64,000 nt of DNA, from NCBI GenBank assembly GCA_032718475.1, contig JAUCBJ010006750.1:62001-126000 (forward strand), read 5' to 3'. A program made the translations under genes and the position numbers. Below, piece after piece: positions 14,466 to 27,600 of this stretch. The stretch comes from Nemertoderma westbladi. Its lineage: Eukaryota > Animalia > Xenacoelomorpha. The notes under the pieces are model-generated. The model saw only the letters and a program-made list of their open reading frames with translations, ran no database searches and was not told the DNA's origin. Each line of letters opens with the position of its first letter. Position 1 is the first letter of the stretch.

Positions 14466-15682
14466 AGTATACTTATTCAGTATATAACAATTCTTCTGTT
14501 TATGTATGCATGTTAGACGCATCTAAAGCGTTTGATCGTGTCAACCATTTCAAATTGTTTCGCAAACTGATAGACCGTGGTGTACCATTATACATTGTTC
14601 GCATTATTATGTTTTGGTATCGTAACCAACTAGTGCGTGTCTGTTGGGATGGGTTTTTCTCACCATCCTTTTCTGTAACTAACGGAACTAGACAAGGTAG
14701 TATTATTTCACCATTGCTCTATAATATTTACATTGATGAGTTAAGTAAGGAATTAAATAGTAGCGGTATAGGTTGTTCTATATGTTCACTTAGGTTAAAT
14801 CACTTAATTTATGCCGACGACTTATGTTTGATCTCAAACTCCATTTTTGGTCTGCAGAAATTAATAGATATAGCCGTAGCCTATGCTACGTCTAACTCTA
14901 TTATATTCAATACTAAGAAAACGAAGTATTTATACTTCATTCATAAATCGTGTGCGTTAACCTCTGTCGCTAGAGTCAAATTGTATGGTTCCAACATAGA
15001 AACTGTTGATAAGTTTAACTATTTAGGGCACGTTATTAGCTCGTCCACTGACGATGACCTAGATATTACACGACAGATGCATCAACTGTACGCCAGAGGG
15101 AATACTCTGGCTAGAAAGTTTTGCCATGCGTCTGTCTATGTTAAAACTGCACTTTTTCGTGCTTACTGTACCCCAATATACTGCAACAGCCTATGGGCTA
15201 GTAAGAACTACTCACATCGTGCGTACGATAAGATTAGGGTAGCTTACAATAATTGTGCTAGGCTACTGTTTAATATCCCTAGGCTCACCGGTGAAGAACC
15301 TACAAGTATGTCACTTTCTTTTGGCGAACTACGTTTGCCAATGTTTTGTCACATTACTTATAGATCCTCACAAAGCCTATTAAATAGAATACTACATTCT
15401 GACAACACTATCTTAGGTGGTGTATACAATTTATGTAGACCTTACTCTGTTATATTTAGTTTGCACCAGCACTAGCCTTTTTCGTTTAACTACGTAATTG
15501 CTATTAGAGTTTCGGTGTTTATTATTAATTACTAGTGTGCTATGTATGTATTTTGTAAAGTATTTGTTTGTAAAGTATTTGTTTGTTTATATCCTTTTTG
15601 TTTATGTCCTTTTTGTTTATGTATCTACTATTTTACTATGGGCCCCCGTGGCTTGGAATAAATACAATAATAAAAAATAATA
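14466..15682 (+). mobile_element. 5'-truncated non-LTR retrotransposon (LINE; RTE-X-like clade tentative)
   Basis: Interrupts a satellite monomer. It has an RT ORF, a T-rich 3' UTR with short tandem duplications and an AATAAA/(TAA)n-type tail at 15656-15682. ACAAC on both sides (14461-14465, 15683-15687) is a candidate TSD. Confidence 0.93.
14510..15475 (+). CDS. LINE reverse transcriptase, C-terminal part of ORF2 (N-terminally truncated)
   Basis: Motifs (SSVYVC)MLDASKAFDRV, NGTRQGSIISP, YADD, FNTKKT, FNYLG. No stops in 321 aa, and the frame is open back to the insertion junction. No endonuclease domain remains. Confidence 0.93.
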   Translation: MLDASKAFDRVNHFKLFRKLIDRGVPLYIVRIIMFWYRNQLVRVCWDGFFSPSFSVTNGTRQGSIISPLLYNIYIDELSKELNSSGIGCSICSLRLNHLIYADDLCLISNSIFGLQKLIDIAVAYATSNSIIFNTKKTKYLYFIHKSCALTSVARVKLYGSNIETVDKFNYLGHVISSSTDDDLDITRQMHQLYARGNTLARKFCHASVYVKTALFRAYCTPIYCNSLWASKNYSHRAYDKIRVAYNNCARLLFNIPRLTGEEPTSMSLSFGELRLPMFCHITYRSSQSLLNRILHSDNTILGGVYNLCRPYSVIFSLHQH

Positions 15683-18600
15683 ACAACGCCGCAGCTGTTA
15701 TTGGTCAGGAGTTTTAGGTAAACTTATTTACAGTTTGTTTAGTATACAATGCAGCAGCTGTTATTGGTCAGGAGTTTTAGGTTAACTTATTTACAGTTTC
15801 TTTAGTATGCAAAGCAGCAGCTGTTATTGGTCAGGAGTTTCAGGTAAACTTATTTACAGTTTCTTCAGTATACAACGCCGCAGCTGTTATTGGTCAGGAG
15901 TTTCAGGTAAACTTATTTACAGTTTCTTTAGTATACAACGCAGCAGCTGTTATTGGTCTGGAGTATCAGGTAAACTTATTTACAGTTTCTTTAGTATACA
16001 ACGCAGCAGCTGTTATTGATCAGGAGTTTCAGGTAAACTTATTTACACAGTTTCTTTAGTATACAACGCAGCAGCTGTTATTGGTCTGGAGTTTCAGGTA
16101 AACTTATTTACAGTTTCTTTAGTATACAACACAGCAGCTGCTATTGGTCAGGAGTTTCAGGTAAACTTATTTACAGTTTCTTTAGCATACAACGCAGCAG
16201 CGATTATTGGTCAGGAGTTTCAGGTAAACTTATTTACACAGTTTCTTTAGTATACAATGCAGCAGCTGTTATTGGTCAGAAGTTTCAGGTAAACTTATTT
16301 ACAGTTTCTTCAGTATACAACGCAGCAGCTGTTTTGGTCAGGAGTTTCAGGTAAACTTATTTACAGATTCTTTAGTATCAACGCCGCAGCTGTTATTGGT
16401 CAGGAGTTTCAGGTAAACTTATTTACACAGTTTCTTTAGTATACAACGCAGCAGCTGTTATTGGTCAGGAGTTTCAGGTAGACTTATTTACAGTTTCTTT
16501 AGTATACAACGCCGCAGCTGTTATTGGTCAGGAGTTTCAGGTAAACTTACTTACAAAATTTCTTTAGTATCAACGCAGCAGCTGTTATTGGTCAGGAGTT
16601 TCAGGTAAACTTATTTACAGTTTCTTTAGTATACAACGCAGCAGCTGTTATTGGTCAGGAGTTTCAGGTAAACTTATTTACACGGTTTCTTTAGTATACA
16701 ACGCAGCAGCTGTTTTTGGTCAGGAGTTTCAGGTAAACTTATTTACAGTTTCTTTAGTATACAACACAGCAGCTGTTTTGGTCAGGAGTTTCAGGTAAAC
16801 TTATTTACAGATTCTTTAGTATCAACGCCGCAGCTGTTATTGGTCAGGAGTTTCAGGTAAACTTATTTACACAGTTTCTTTAGTATACAACGCAGCAGCT
16901 GTTATTGGTCAGGAGAGTTTCAGGTAAACTTATTTACAGTTTCTTTAGTATCAACGCCGCAGCTGTTATTGGTCAGGAGTTTCAGGTAAACTTATTTACA
17001 GTTTCTTTAGTATACAACGCAGCAGCTGTTATTGGTCAGGAGTTTCAGGTAAACTTATTTACAGTTTCTTTAGTATACAACGCAGCAGCTGTTATTGGTC
17101 AGGAGTTTCAGGTAAACTTATTTACACAGTTTCTTTAGTATACAATGCAGCAGCTGTTCTTGGTCAGGAGTTTCAGGTAAACTTATTTATAGTTTCTTTA
17201 GTATACAACGCAGCAGCTGTTATTGGTCAGGAGTTTCAGGTAAACTTATTTATAGTTTCTTTAGTATACAACGCAGCAGCTGTTATTGGTCAGGAGTTTC
17301 AGGTAAACTTATTTACAGTTTCTTTAGTATACAACGCAGCAGCTGTTATTGATCAGGAGTTTCAGGTAAACTTATTTACACAGTTTCTTTAGTATACAAC
17401 GCTGCAGCTGTTCTTGGTCAGGAGTTTCAGGTAAACTTATTTATAGTTTCTTTAGTATACAACGCAGCAGCTGTTATTGGTCAGGAGTTTCAGGTAAACT
17501 TATTTACAGTTTCTTTAGTATACAACGCAGCAGCTGTTATTGATCAGGAGTTTCAGGTAAACTTATTTACACAGTTTCTTTAGTATACAATGCCGCAGTT
17601 GTTATTGCTCAGGAGTTTCAGGTAAACTTATTTACAGTTTCTTTAGTATACAACGCAGCAGCTGTTATTGGTCAGGAGAGTTTCAGGTAAACTTATTTAC
17701 ACAGTTTCTTTAGTATACAACGCAGCAGCTGTTATTGGTCAGGAGTTTCAGGTAAACTTATTTACATAGTTTCTTTAGTATACAACGCCGCAGTTGTTAT
17801 TGGTCAGGGGTTTCAGGTAAACTTATTTACAGTTTCTTTAGTATACAACGCAGCAGATGTTATTGGTCAGGAGTTTCAGGTGAACTTATTTACACAGTTT
17901 CTTTAGTATCAACGCCGCAGCTGTTATTGGTCAGGAGTTTCAGGTAAACTTGTTTACAGTTTCTTTAGTATACAACGCAGCAGCTGTTATTGGTCAGGAG
18001 TTTCAGGTAAACTTGTTTACAGTTTCTTTAGTATACAATGCAGCAGCTGTTATTGGTCAGGAGTTTCAGGTAAACTTATTTACACGGTTTCTTTAGTATA
18101 CAACGCAGCAGCTGTTATTGGTCAAGAGTTTCAGGTAAACTTATTTACAGAGTTTCTTTAGTATACAATGCAGCAGCTGTTATTGGTCAGGAGTTTCAGG
18201 TAAACTTATTTACACAGTTTCTTTAGTATACAACGCCGCAGTTGTTATTGGTCAGGAGTTTCAGGTAAACTTATTTACAGTTTCTTTAGTATACTAAACA
18301 GCAGCTGTTATTGGTCAGGAGTTTCAGGTGAACTTATTTACACAGTTTCTTTAGTATCAACGCCGCAGCTGTTATTGGTCAGGAGTTTCAGGTAAACTTG
18401 TTTACAGTTTCTTTAGTATACAACGCAGTAGCTGTTATTGGTCAGGAGTTTCAGGTAAACTTGTTTACAGTTTCTTTAGTATACAACGCAGCAGCTGTTA
18501 TTGTTCAGGAGTTTCAGGTAAACTTATTTACAGTTTCTTTAGTATACAACGCAGCAGCTGATATTGGTCAGGAGTTTCAGGTAAACTTATTTACACGGTT

Positions 18601-21600
18601 ACTTTAGTATTCAACCCAGCAGCTGTTATTGGTCAGGAGTTTCAGGTAAACTTATTTACAGTTTCTTTAGTATACAACGCCGCAGCTGCTATTGGTCAGG
18701 AGTTTCAGGTAAACTTATTTACAGTTTCTTTAGTATACAACGCAGCAGCTGATATTGGTCAGGAGTTTCAGGTAAATTTATTTACACGGTTACTTTAGTA
18801 TACAACGCAGCAGCTGTTATTGGTCAGGAGTTTCAGGTAAACTTATTTACAGTTTCTTTAGAATACAACGCCGCAGCTGCTATTGGTCAGGAGTTTCAGG
18901 TAAACTTATTTACACAGTTTCTTTAGTATACAACGCAGCAGCTGTTATTGGTCAGGAGTTTCAGGTAAACTTATTTACATGGTTTCTTTAGTATACAATG
19001 CAGCAGCTGTTATTGGTCAGGAGTTTCAGGTAAACTTATTTACAGTTTCTTTAGTATACAACGCTGCAGCTGTTATTGGTCAGGAGTTTCAGGTCGACTT
19101 ATTTACAGTTTCTTTAGTATACAACGCAGCAGCTGTTATTGGTCAGGAGTTTCAGGTAGACTTATTTACAGTTTCTTTAGTATACAACGCAGCAGCTGTT
19201 ATTGGTCAGGAGTTTCAGGTAGACTTATTTACAGTTTCTTTAGTATACAACACAGCAGCTGTTTTGGTCAGGTGTTTCAGGTAAACTTATTTACAGATTC
19301 TTTAGTATCAACGCCGCAGCTGTTATTGGTCAGGAGTTTCAGGTAGACTTATTTACAGTTTCTTTAGTATACAACGCAGCAGCTGTTATTGGTCAGGAGT
19401 TTCAGGTAGACTTATTTACAGTTTCTTTAGTATACAACACAGCAGCTGTTTTGGTCAGGAGTTTCAGGTAAACTTATTTACAGATTCTTTAGTATACAAC
19501 GCCGCAGCAGTTAATGGTCAGAAGTTTCAGGTAAACTTATTTACACAGTTTCTTTAGTATACAACGCAGCAGCTGTTATTGGTCAGGAGTTTCAGGTAAA
19601 CTTATTTACAGTTTCTTTAGTATACAACGCCGCAGCAGTTAATGGTCAGAAGTTTCAGGTAAACTTATTTACACAGTTTCTTTAGTATACAACGCCGCAG
19701 CTGTTATTGGTCAGGAGTTTCAGGTAAACTTATTTACAGTTTCTTTAGTATACAACGCAGCAGCTGTTATTGGTCAGGAGTTTCAGGTAAACTTATTTAC
19801 ACAGTTTCTTTAGTATACAACGCAGCAGCTGTTATTGGTCAGGAGTTTCAGGTAAAAATACTTACAAAATTCTATTAGTATACAACGCAGCATCTGTTAT
19901 TGGTCAGGTGTTTCAGGTAAACTTATTTACAGTTTCTTTAGTATACAACGCCGCAGCAGTTAATGGCCAGAAGTTTCAGGTAAACTTATTTACACAGTTT
20001 CTTTAGTATACAACGCAGCAGCTGTTATTGGTCAGGAGTTTCAGGTAAACTTAATTACAGTTTCTTCAGTATACAACCCAGTAGCTGTTATTGGTCAGGA
20101 GTTTCAGGTAAACTTATTTACACAGTTTCTTTAGTATACAACGCAGCAGCTGTTATTGGTCAGGAGTTTCACGTAAACTTATTTACAGTTTCTTTTGTAT
20201 ACAATGCAGCAGCTGTTATTGGTCAGGAGTTTCAGGTAAACTTATTTACAGTTTCTTTAGTATACAACGCAGCAGCTGTTATTGATCAGGAGTTTCAGGT
20301 AAACTTATTTACAGTTTCTTTAGTATACAACGCAGCAGCTGTTATTGGTCAGGAGTTTCAGGTAAACTTATTTACAGTTTCTTTTGTATACAACGCAGCA
20401 GCAGTTATTGGTCAGGAGTTTGAGGTAAACTTATTTACAGTTTCTTCAGTATACAACGCCGCAGCTGTTATTGGTCAGGAGTTTCAGGTAAACTTATTTA
20501 CAGTTTCTTTAGTATACAATGCAGCAGCTGTTATTGGTCAGGAGTTTCAGGTAAACTTATTTACGGTTTCTTTAGTATACAACGCAGCAGCTGTTATTGG
20601 TCAGGAGTTTCAGGTAAACTTATTTACAGTTTCTTTAGTATACAACGCAGCAGCTGTTATTGGTCAGGAGTTTCAGGTAAACTTATTTACAGTTTCTTTA
20701 GTATACAACGCAGCAGCCTTTATTGGTCATTAGTTTCAGGTAAACTTATTTACAGTTTCTTTAGTATACAACGCAGTTATTGGTCAGGAGTTTCAGGTAA
20801 ACTTACTTACAAAATTTCTTTAGTATACAACGCAGCATCTGTTATTGGTCAGGAGTTTCAGGTAAACTTATTTACAGTTTCTTTAGTATACAACACAGCA
20901 GCTGCTATTGGTCAGGAGTTTCAGGTAAACTTATTTACAGTTTCTTTAGCATACAACGCAGCAGCGGTTATTGGTCAGGAGTTTCAGGTAAACTTATTTA
21001 CACAGTTTCTTTAGTATACAATGCAGCAGCTGTTATTGGTCAGAAGTTTCAGGTAAACTTATTTACAGTTTCTTCAGTATACAACGCAGCAGCTGTTATT
21101 GGTCAGGAGTTTCAGGTAAACTTATTTACAGTTTCTTCAGTATACAACGCCGCAGCTGTTATTGGTCAGGAGTTTTAGGTAAACTTATTTACAGTTTGTT
21201 TAGTATACAATGCAGCAGCTGTTATTGGTCAGGAGTTTTAGGTTAACTTATTTACAGTTTCTTTAGTATGCAAAGCAGCAGCTGTTATTGGTCAGGAGTT
21301 TCAGGTAAACTTATTTACAGTTTCTTCAGTATACAACGCCGCAGCTGTTATTGGTCAGGAGTTTCAGGTAAACTTATTTACAGTTTCTTTAGTATACAAC
21401 GCAGCAGCTGTTATTGGTCTGGAGTATCAGGTAAACTTATTTACAGTTTCTTTAGTATACAACGCAGCAGCTGTTATTGATCAGGAGTTTCAGGTAAACT
21501 TATTTACACAGTTTCTTTAGTATACAACGCAGCAGCTGTTATTGGTCTGGAGTTTCAGGTAAACTTATTTACAGTTTCTTTAGTATACAACACAGCAGCT

Positions 21601-24600
21601 GCTATTGGTCAGGAGTTTCAGGTAAACTTATTTACAGTTTCTTTAGCATACAACGCAGCAGCGATTATTGGTCAGGAGTTTCAGGTAAACTTATTTACAC
21701 AGTTTCTTTAGTATACAATGCAGCAGCTGTTATTGGTCAGAAGTTTCAGGTAAACTTATTTACAGTTTCTTCAGAATACAACGCAGCAGCTGTTATTGGT
21801 CAGGAGTTTCAGGTAAACTTATTTACAGTTTCTTCAGTATACAACGCCGCAGCTGTTATTGGTCAGGAGTTTTAGGTAAACTTATTTACAGTTTCTTTAG
21901 TATACAATGCAGCAGCTGTTATTGGTCAGGAGTTTCAGGTTAACTTATTTACAGTTTCTTTAGTATGCAAAGCAGCAGCTGTTATTGGTCAGGAGTTTCA
22001 GGTAAACTTATTTACAGTTTCTTCAGTATACAACGCCGCAGCTGTTATTGGTCAGGAGTTTCAGGTAAACTTATTTACAGTTTCTTTAGTATACAACGCA
22101 GCAGCTGTTATTGGTCTGGAGTATCAGGTAAACTTATTTACAGTTTCTTTAGTATACAACGCAGCAGCTGTTATTGATCAGGAGTTTCAGGTAAACTTAT
22201 TTACACAGTTTCTTTAGTATACAACGCAGCAGCTGTTATTAGTCAGGAGTTTCAGGTAAACTTAGTTACTTTAGTATACAACGCAGCAGCTGTTATTGGT
22301 CAGGAGTTTCAGGTAAACTTATTTACAGTTTCTTTAGTATACAACGCCGCAGCTGCTATTGGTCAGGAGTTTCAGGTAAACTTATTTACAGTTTCTTTCG
22401 TATACAACGCAGCAGCTGATATTGGTCAGGAGTTTCAGGTAAACTTATTTACACGGTTACTTTAGTATACAACGCAGCAGCTGTTATTGGTCAGGAGTTT
22501 CAGGTAAACTTATTTACAGTTTCTTTAGTATACAACGCCGCAGCTGCTATTGGTCAGGAGTCTCAGGTCGACTTATTTACAGTTTCTTTAGTATACAACG
22601 CAGCAGCTGTTATTGGTCAGGAGTTTCAGGTAGACTTATTTACAGTTTCTTTAGTATACAACGCAGCAGCTGTTATTGGTCACGAGTTTCAGGTAGACTT
22701 ATTTACAGTTTCTTTAGTATACAACACAGCAGCTGTTTTGGTCAGGAGTTTCAGGTAAACTTATTTACAGATTCTTTAGTATCAACGCCGCAGCTGTTAT
22801 TGGTCAGGAGTTTCAGGTAAACTTATTTACAGTTTCTTTAGTATACAACGCAGCAGCTGTTATTGGTCAGAAGTTTCAGGTAGACTTATTTACAGTTTCT
22901 TTAGTATACAACGCAGCAGCTGTTATTGGTCAGGAGTTTCAGGTAGATTTATTTACAGTTTCTTTAGTATACAACGCAGCAGCTGTTATTGGTCAGGAGT
23001 TTCAGGTAAACTTATTTACAGTTTCTTTAGTATACAACGCAGCAGCTGTTATTGGTCAGGAGTTTCAGGTAGACTTATTTACAGTTTCTTTAGTATACAA
23101 CACAGCAGCTGTTTTGGTCAGGAGTTTCAGGTAAACTTATTTACACAGTTTCTTTAGTATACAACGCAGCAGCTGTTATTGGTCAGGAGTTTCAGGTAAA
23201 CTTATTTACAGTTTCTTTAGTATACAACGCAGCAGCTGTTATTGGTCAGAAGTTTCAGGTAGACTTATTTACAGTTTCTTTAGTATACAACGCAGCAGCT
23301 GTTATTGGTCAGGAGTTTCAGGTAGATTTATTTACAGTTTCTTTAGTATACAACGCCGCAGCTGTTATTGGTCAGGAGTTTCAGGTAAACTTATTTACAG
23401 TTTCTTTAGTATACAACGCAGCAGCTGTTATTGGTCAGAAGTTTCAGGTAGACTTATTTACAGTTTCTTTAGTATACAACGCAGCAGCTGTTATTGGTCA
23501 GGAGTTTCAGGTAAACTTATTTACAGTTTCTTTAGTATACAACGCAGCAGCTGTTATTGGTCAGGAGTTTCAGGTAAACTTATTTACAGTTTCTTTAGTA
23601 TACAACGCAGCAGCTGTTATTGGTCAGAAGTTTCAGGTAGACTTATTTACAGTTTCTTTAGTATACAACGCAGCAGCTGTTATTGGTCAGGAGTTTCAGG
23701 TAGATTTATTTACAGTTTCTTTAGTATACAACGCCGCAGCTGTTATTGGTCAGGAGTTTCAGGTAAACTTATTTACAGTTTCTTTAGTATACAACGCAGC
23801 AGCTGTTATTGGTCAGGAGTTTCAGGTAGACTTATTTACAGTTTCTTTAGTATACAACACAGCAGCTGTTTTGGTCAGGAGTTTCAGGTAAACTTATTTA
23901 CACAGTTTCTTTAGTATACAACGCAGCAGCTGTTATTGGTCAGGAGTTTCAGGTAGACTTATTTACAGTTTCTTTAGTATACAACACAGCAGCTGTTTTG
24001 GTCAGGAGTTTCAGGTAAACTTATTTACAGATTCTTTAGTATCAACGCCGCAGCTGTTATTGGTCAGGAGTTTCAGGTAAACTTATTTACACAGTTTCTT
24101 TAGTATACAACGCAGCAGCTGTTATTGGTCAGGAGTTTCAGGTAGACTTATTTACAGTTTCTTTAGTATACAACACAGCAGCTGTTTTGGTCAGGAGTTT
24201 CAGGTAAACTTATTTACAGATTCTTTAGTATCAACGCCGCAGCTGTTATTGGTCAGGAGTTTCAGGTAGACTTATTTACAGTTTCTTTAGTATACAACGC
24301 AGCAGCTGTTATTGGTCAGGAGTTTCAGGTAGACTTATTTACAGTTTCTTTAGTATACAACACAGCAGCTGTTTTGGTCAGGAGTTTCAGGTAAACTTAT
24401 TTACAGATTCTTTAGTATCAACGCCGCAGCTGTTATTGGTCAGGAGTTTCAGGTAAACTTATTTACACAGTTTCTTTAGTATACAACGCAGCAGCTGTTA
24501 TTGGTCAGGAGTTTCAGGTAAAAATACTTACAAAATTTCTTTAGTATACAACGCAGCATCTGTTATTGGTCAGGAGTTTCAGGTAAACTTATTTACAGTT

Positions 24601-27600
24601 TCTTTAGTATACAATGCAGCAGCTGTTATTGGTCAGGTGTTTCAGGTAAACTTATTTACAGTTTCTTTAGTATACAACGCCGCAGCAGTTAATGGTCAGG
24701 AGTTTCAGGTAAACTTATTTACACAGTTTCTTTAGTATACAACGCAGCAGCTGTTATTGGTCAGGAGTTTCAGGTAAACTTAATTACAGTTTCTTCAGTA
24801 GACAACGCAGCAGCGGTTATTGGTCAGGAGTTTCAGGTAAACTTATTTACACAGTTTCTTTAGTATACAACGCAGCAGCTGTTATTGGTCAGGAGTTTCA
24901 CGTAAACTTATTTACAGTTTCTTTAGTATATAATGCAGAAGCTGTTATTGGTCAGGAGTTTCAGGTAAACTTATTTACAGTTTCTTTAGTATACAACGCA
25001 GCAGCTGTTATTGATCAGGAGTTTCAGGTAAACCTATTTACAGTTTCTTTAGTATACAACGCAGCAGCTGTTATTGGTCAGGAGTTTCAGGTAAACTTAT
25101 TTACAGTTTCTTTTGTATACAACGCAGCAGCAGTTATTGGTCAGGAGTTTCACGTAAACTTATTTACAGTTTCTTTAGTATACAACGCAGCAGCTGTTAT
25201 TGATCAGGAGTTTCAGGTAAACTTATTTACAGTTTCTTTAGTATACAATGCAGCAGCTGTTATTGGTCAGGAGTTTCAGGTAAACTTATTTACAGTTTCT
25301 TTTGTATACAACGCAGCAGCAGTTATTGGTCAGGAGTTTCAGGTAAACTTATTTACAGTTTCTTCAGTATACAACGCCGCAGCTGTTATTGGTCAGGAGT
25401 TTCAGGTAAAAATTCTTACAAAATTTCTTTAGTATACAACGCAGCATCTGTTATTGGTCAGGAGTTTCAGGTAAACTTATTTACAGTTTCTTTAGTATAC
25501 AATGCAGCAGCTGTTATTGGTCAGGTGTTTCAGGTAAACTTATTTACAGTTTCTTTAGTATACAACGCCGCAGCAGTTAATGGTCAGGAGTTTCAGGTAA
25601 ACTTATTTACACAGTTTCTTTAGTATACAACGCAGCAGCTGTTATTGGTCAGGAGTTTCAGGTAAACTTAATTACAGTTTCTTCAGTAGACAACGCAGCA
25701 GCGGTTATTGGTCAGGAGTTTCAGGTAAACTTATTTACACAGTTTCTTTAGTATACAACGCAGCAGCTGTTATTGGTCAGGAGTTTCACGTAAACTTATT
25801 TACAGTTTCTTTAGTATACAATGCAGAAGCTGTTATTGGTCAGGAGTTTCAGGTAAACTTATTTACAGTTTCTTTAGTATACAACGCAGCAGCTGTTATT
25901 GATCAGGAGTTTCAGGTAAACTTATTTACAGTTTCTTTAGTATACAACGCAGCAGCTGTTATTGGTCAGGAGTTTCAGGTAAACTTATTTACAGTTTCTT
26001 TTGTATACAACGCAGCAGCAGTTATTGGTCAGGAGTTTCACGTAAACTTATTTACAGTTTCTTCAGTATACAACGCCGCAGCTGTTATTGGTCAGGAGTT
26101 TCAGGTAAACTTATTTACAGTTTCTTTAGTATACAATGCAGCAGCTGTTATTGGTCAGGAGTTTCAGGTAAACTTATTTACGGTTTCTTTAGTATACGAC
26201 GCAGCAGCTGTTATTGGTCAGGAGTTTCAGGTAAACTTATTTACAGTTTCTTTAGTATACAACGCAGCAGCTGTTATTGGTCAGGAGTTTCAGGTAAACT
26301 TATTTACAGTTTCTTTAGTATACAACGCAGCAGCTGTTATTGGTCAGGAGTTTCAGGTAAACTTATTTACAGTTTCTTTAGTATACAACGCAGCAGCAGT
26401 TATTGGTCATTAGTTTCAGGTAAACTTATTTACAGTTTCTTTAGTATACAACGCAGTTATTGGTCAGGAGTTTCAGGTAAACTTACTTACAAAATTTCTT
26501 TAGTATACAACGCAGCATCTGTTATTGGTCAGGAGTTTCAGGTAAACTTATTTACAGTTTCTTTAGTATACAACACAGCAGCTGCTATTGGTCAGGAGTT
26601 TCAGGTAAACTTATTTACAGTTTCGTTAGCATACAATGCAGCAGCGGTTATTGGTCAGGAGTTTCAGGTAAACTTATTTACACAGTTTCTTTAGTATACA
26701 ATGCAGCAGCTGTTATTGGTCAGAAGTTTCAGGTAAACTTATTTACAGTTTCTTCAGTATACAACGGAGCAGCTGTTATTGGTCAGGAGTTTCAGGTAAA
26801 CTTATTTACACGGTTACTTTAGTATACAACGCAGCAGCTGTTATTGGTCAGGAGTTTCAGGTAAACTTATTTACAGTTTCTTTAGTATACAACGCCGCAG
26901 CTGCTATTGGTCAGGAGTCTCAGGTCGACTTATTTACAGTTTCTTTAGTATACAACGCAGCAGCTGTTATTGGTCAGGAGTTTCAGGTAGACTTATTTAC
27001 AGTTTCTTTAGTATACAACGCAGCAGCTGTTATTGGTCACGAGTTTCAGGTAGACTTATTTACAGTTTCTTTAGTATACAACACAGCAGCTGTTTTGGTC
27101 AGGAGTTTCAGGTAAACTTATTTACAGATTCTTTAGTATCAACGCCGCAGCTGTTATTGGTCAGGAGTTTCAGGTAAACTTATTTACACAGTTTCTTTAG
27201 TATACAACGCAGCAGCTGTTATTGGTCAGGAGTTTCAGGTAGACTTATTTACAGTTTCTTTAGTATACAACACAGCAGCTGTTTTGGTCAGGAGTTTCAG
27301 GTAAACTTATTTACAGATTCTTTAGTATCAACGCCGCAGCTGTTATTGGTCAGGAGTTTCAGGTAGACTTATTTACAGTTTCTTTAGTATACAACGCAGC
27401 AGCTGTTATTGGTCAGGAGTTTCAGGTAGACTTATTTACAGTTTCTTTAGTATACAACACAGCAGCTGTTTTGGTCAGGAGTTTCAGGTAAACTTATTTA
27501 CAGATTCTTTAGTATCAACGCCGCAGCTGTTATTGGTCAGGAGTTTCAGGTAAACTTATTTACACAGTTTCTTTAGTATACAACGCAGCAGCTGTTATTG

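Noticed and set aside
15498-15680. 60-aa hydrophobic ORF after the RT
   Set aside because: Low-complexity T-rich LINE 3' UTR with a non-ATG start.
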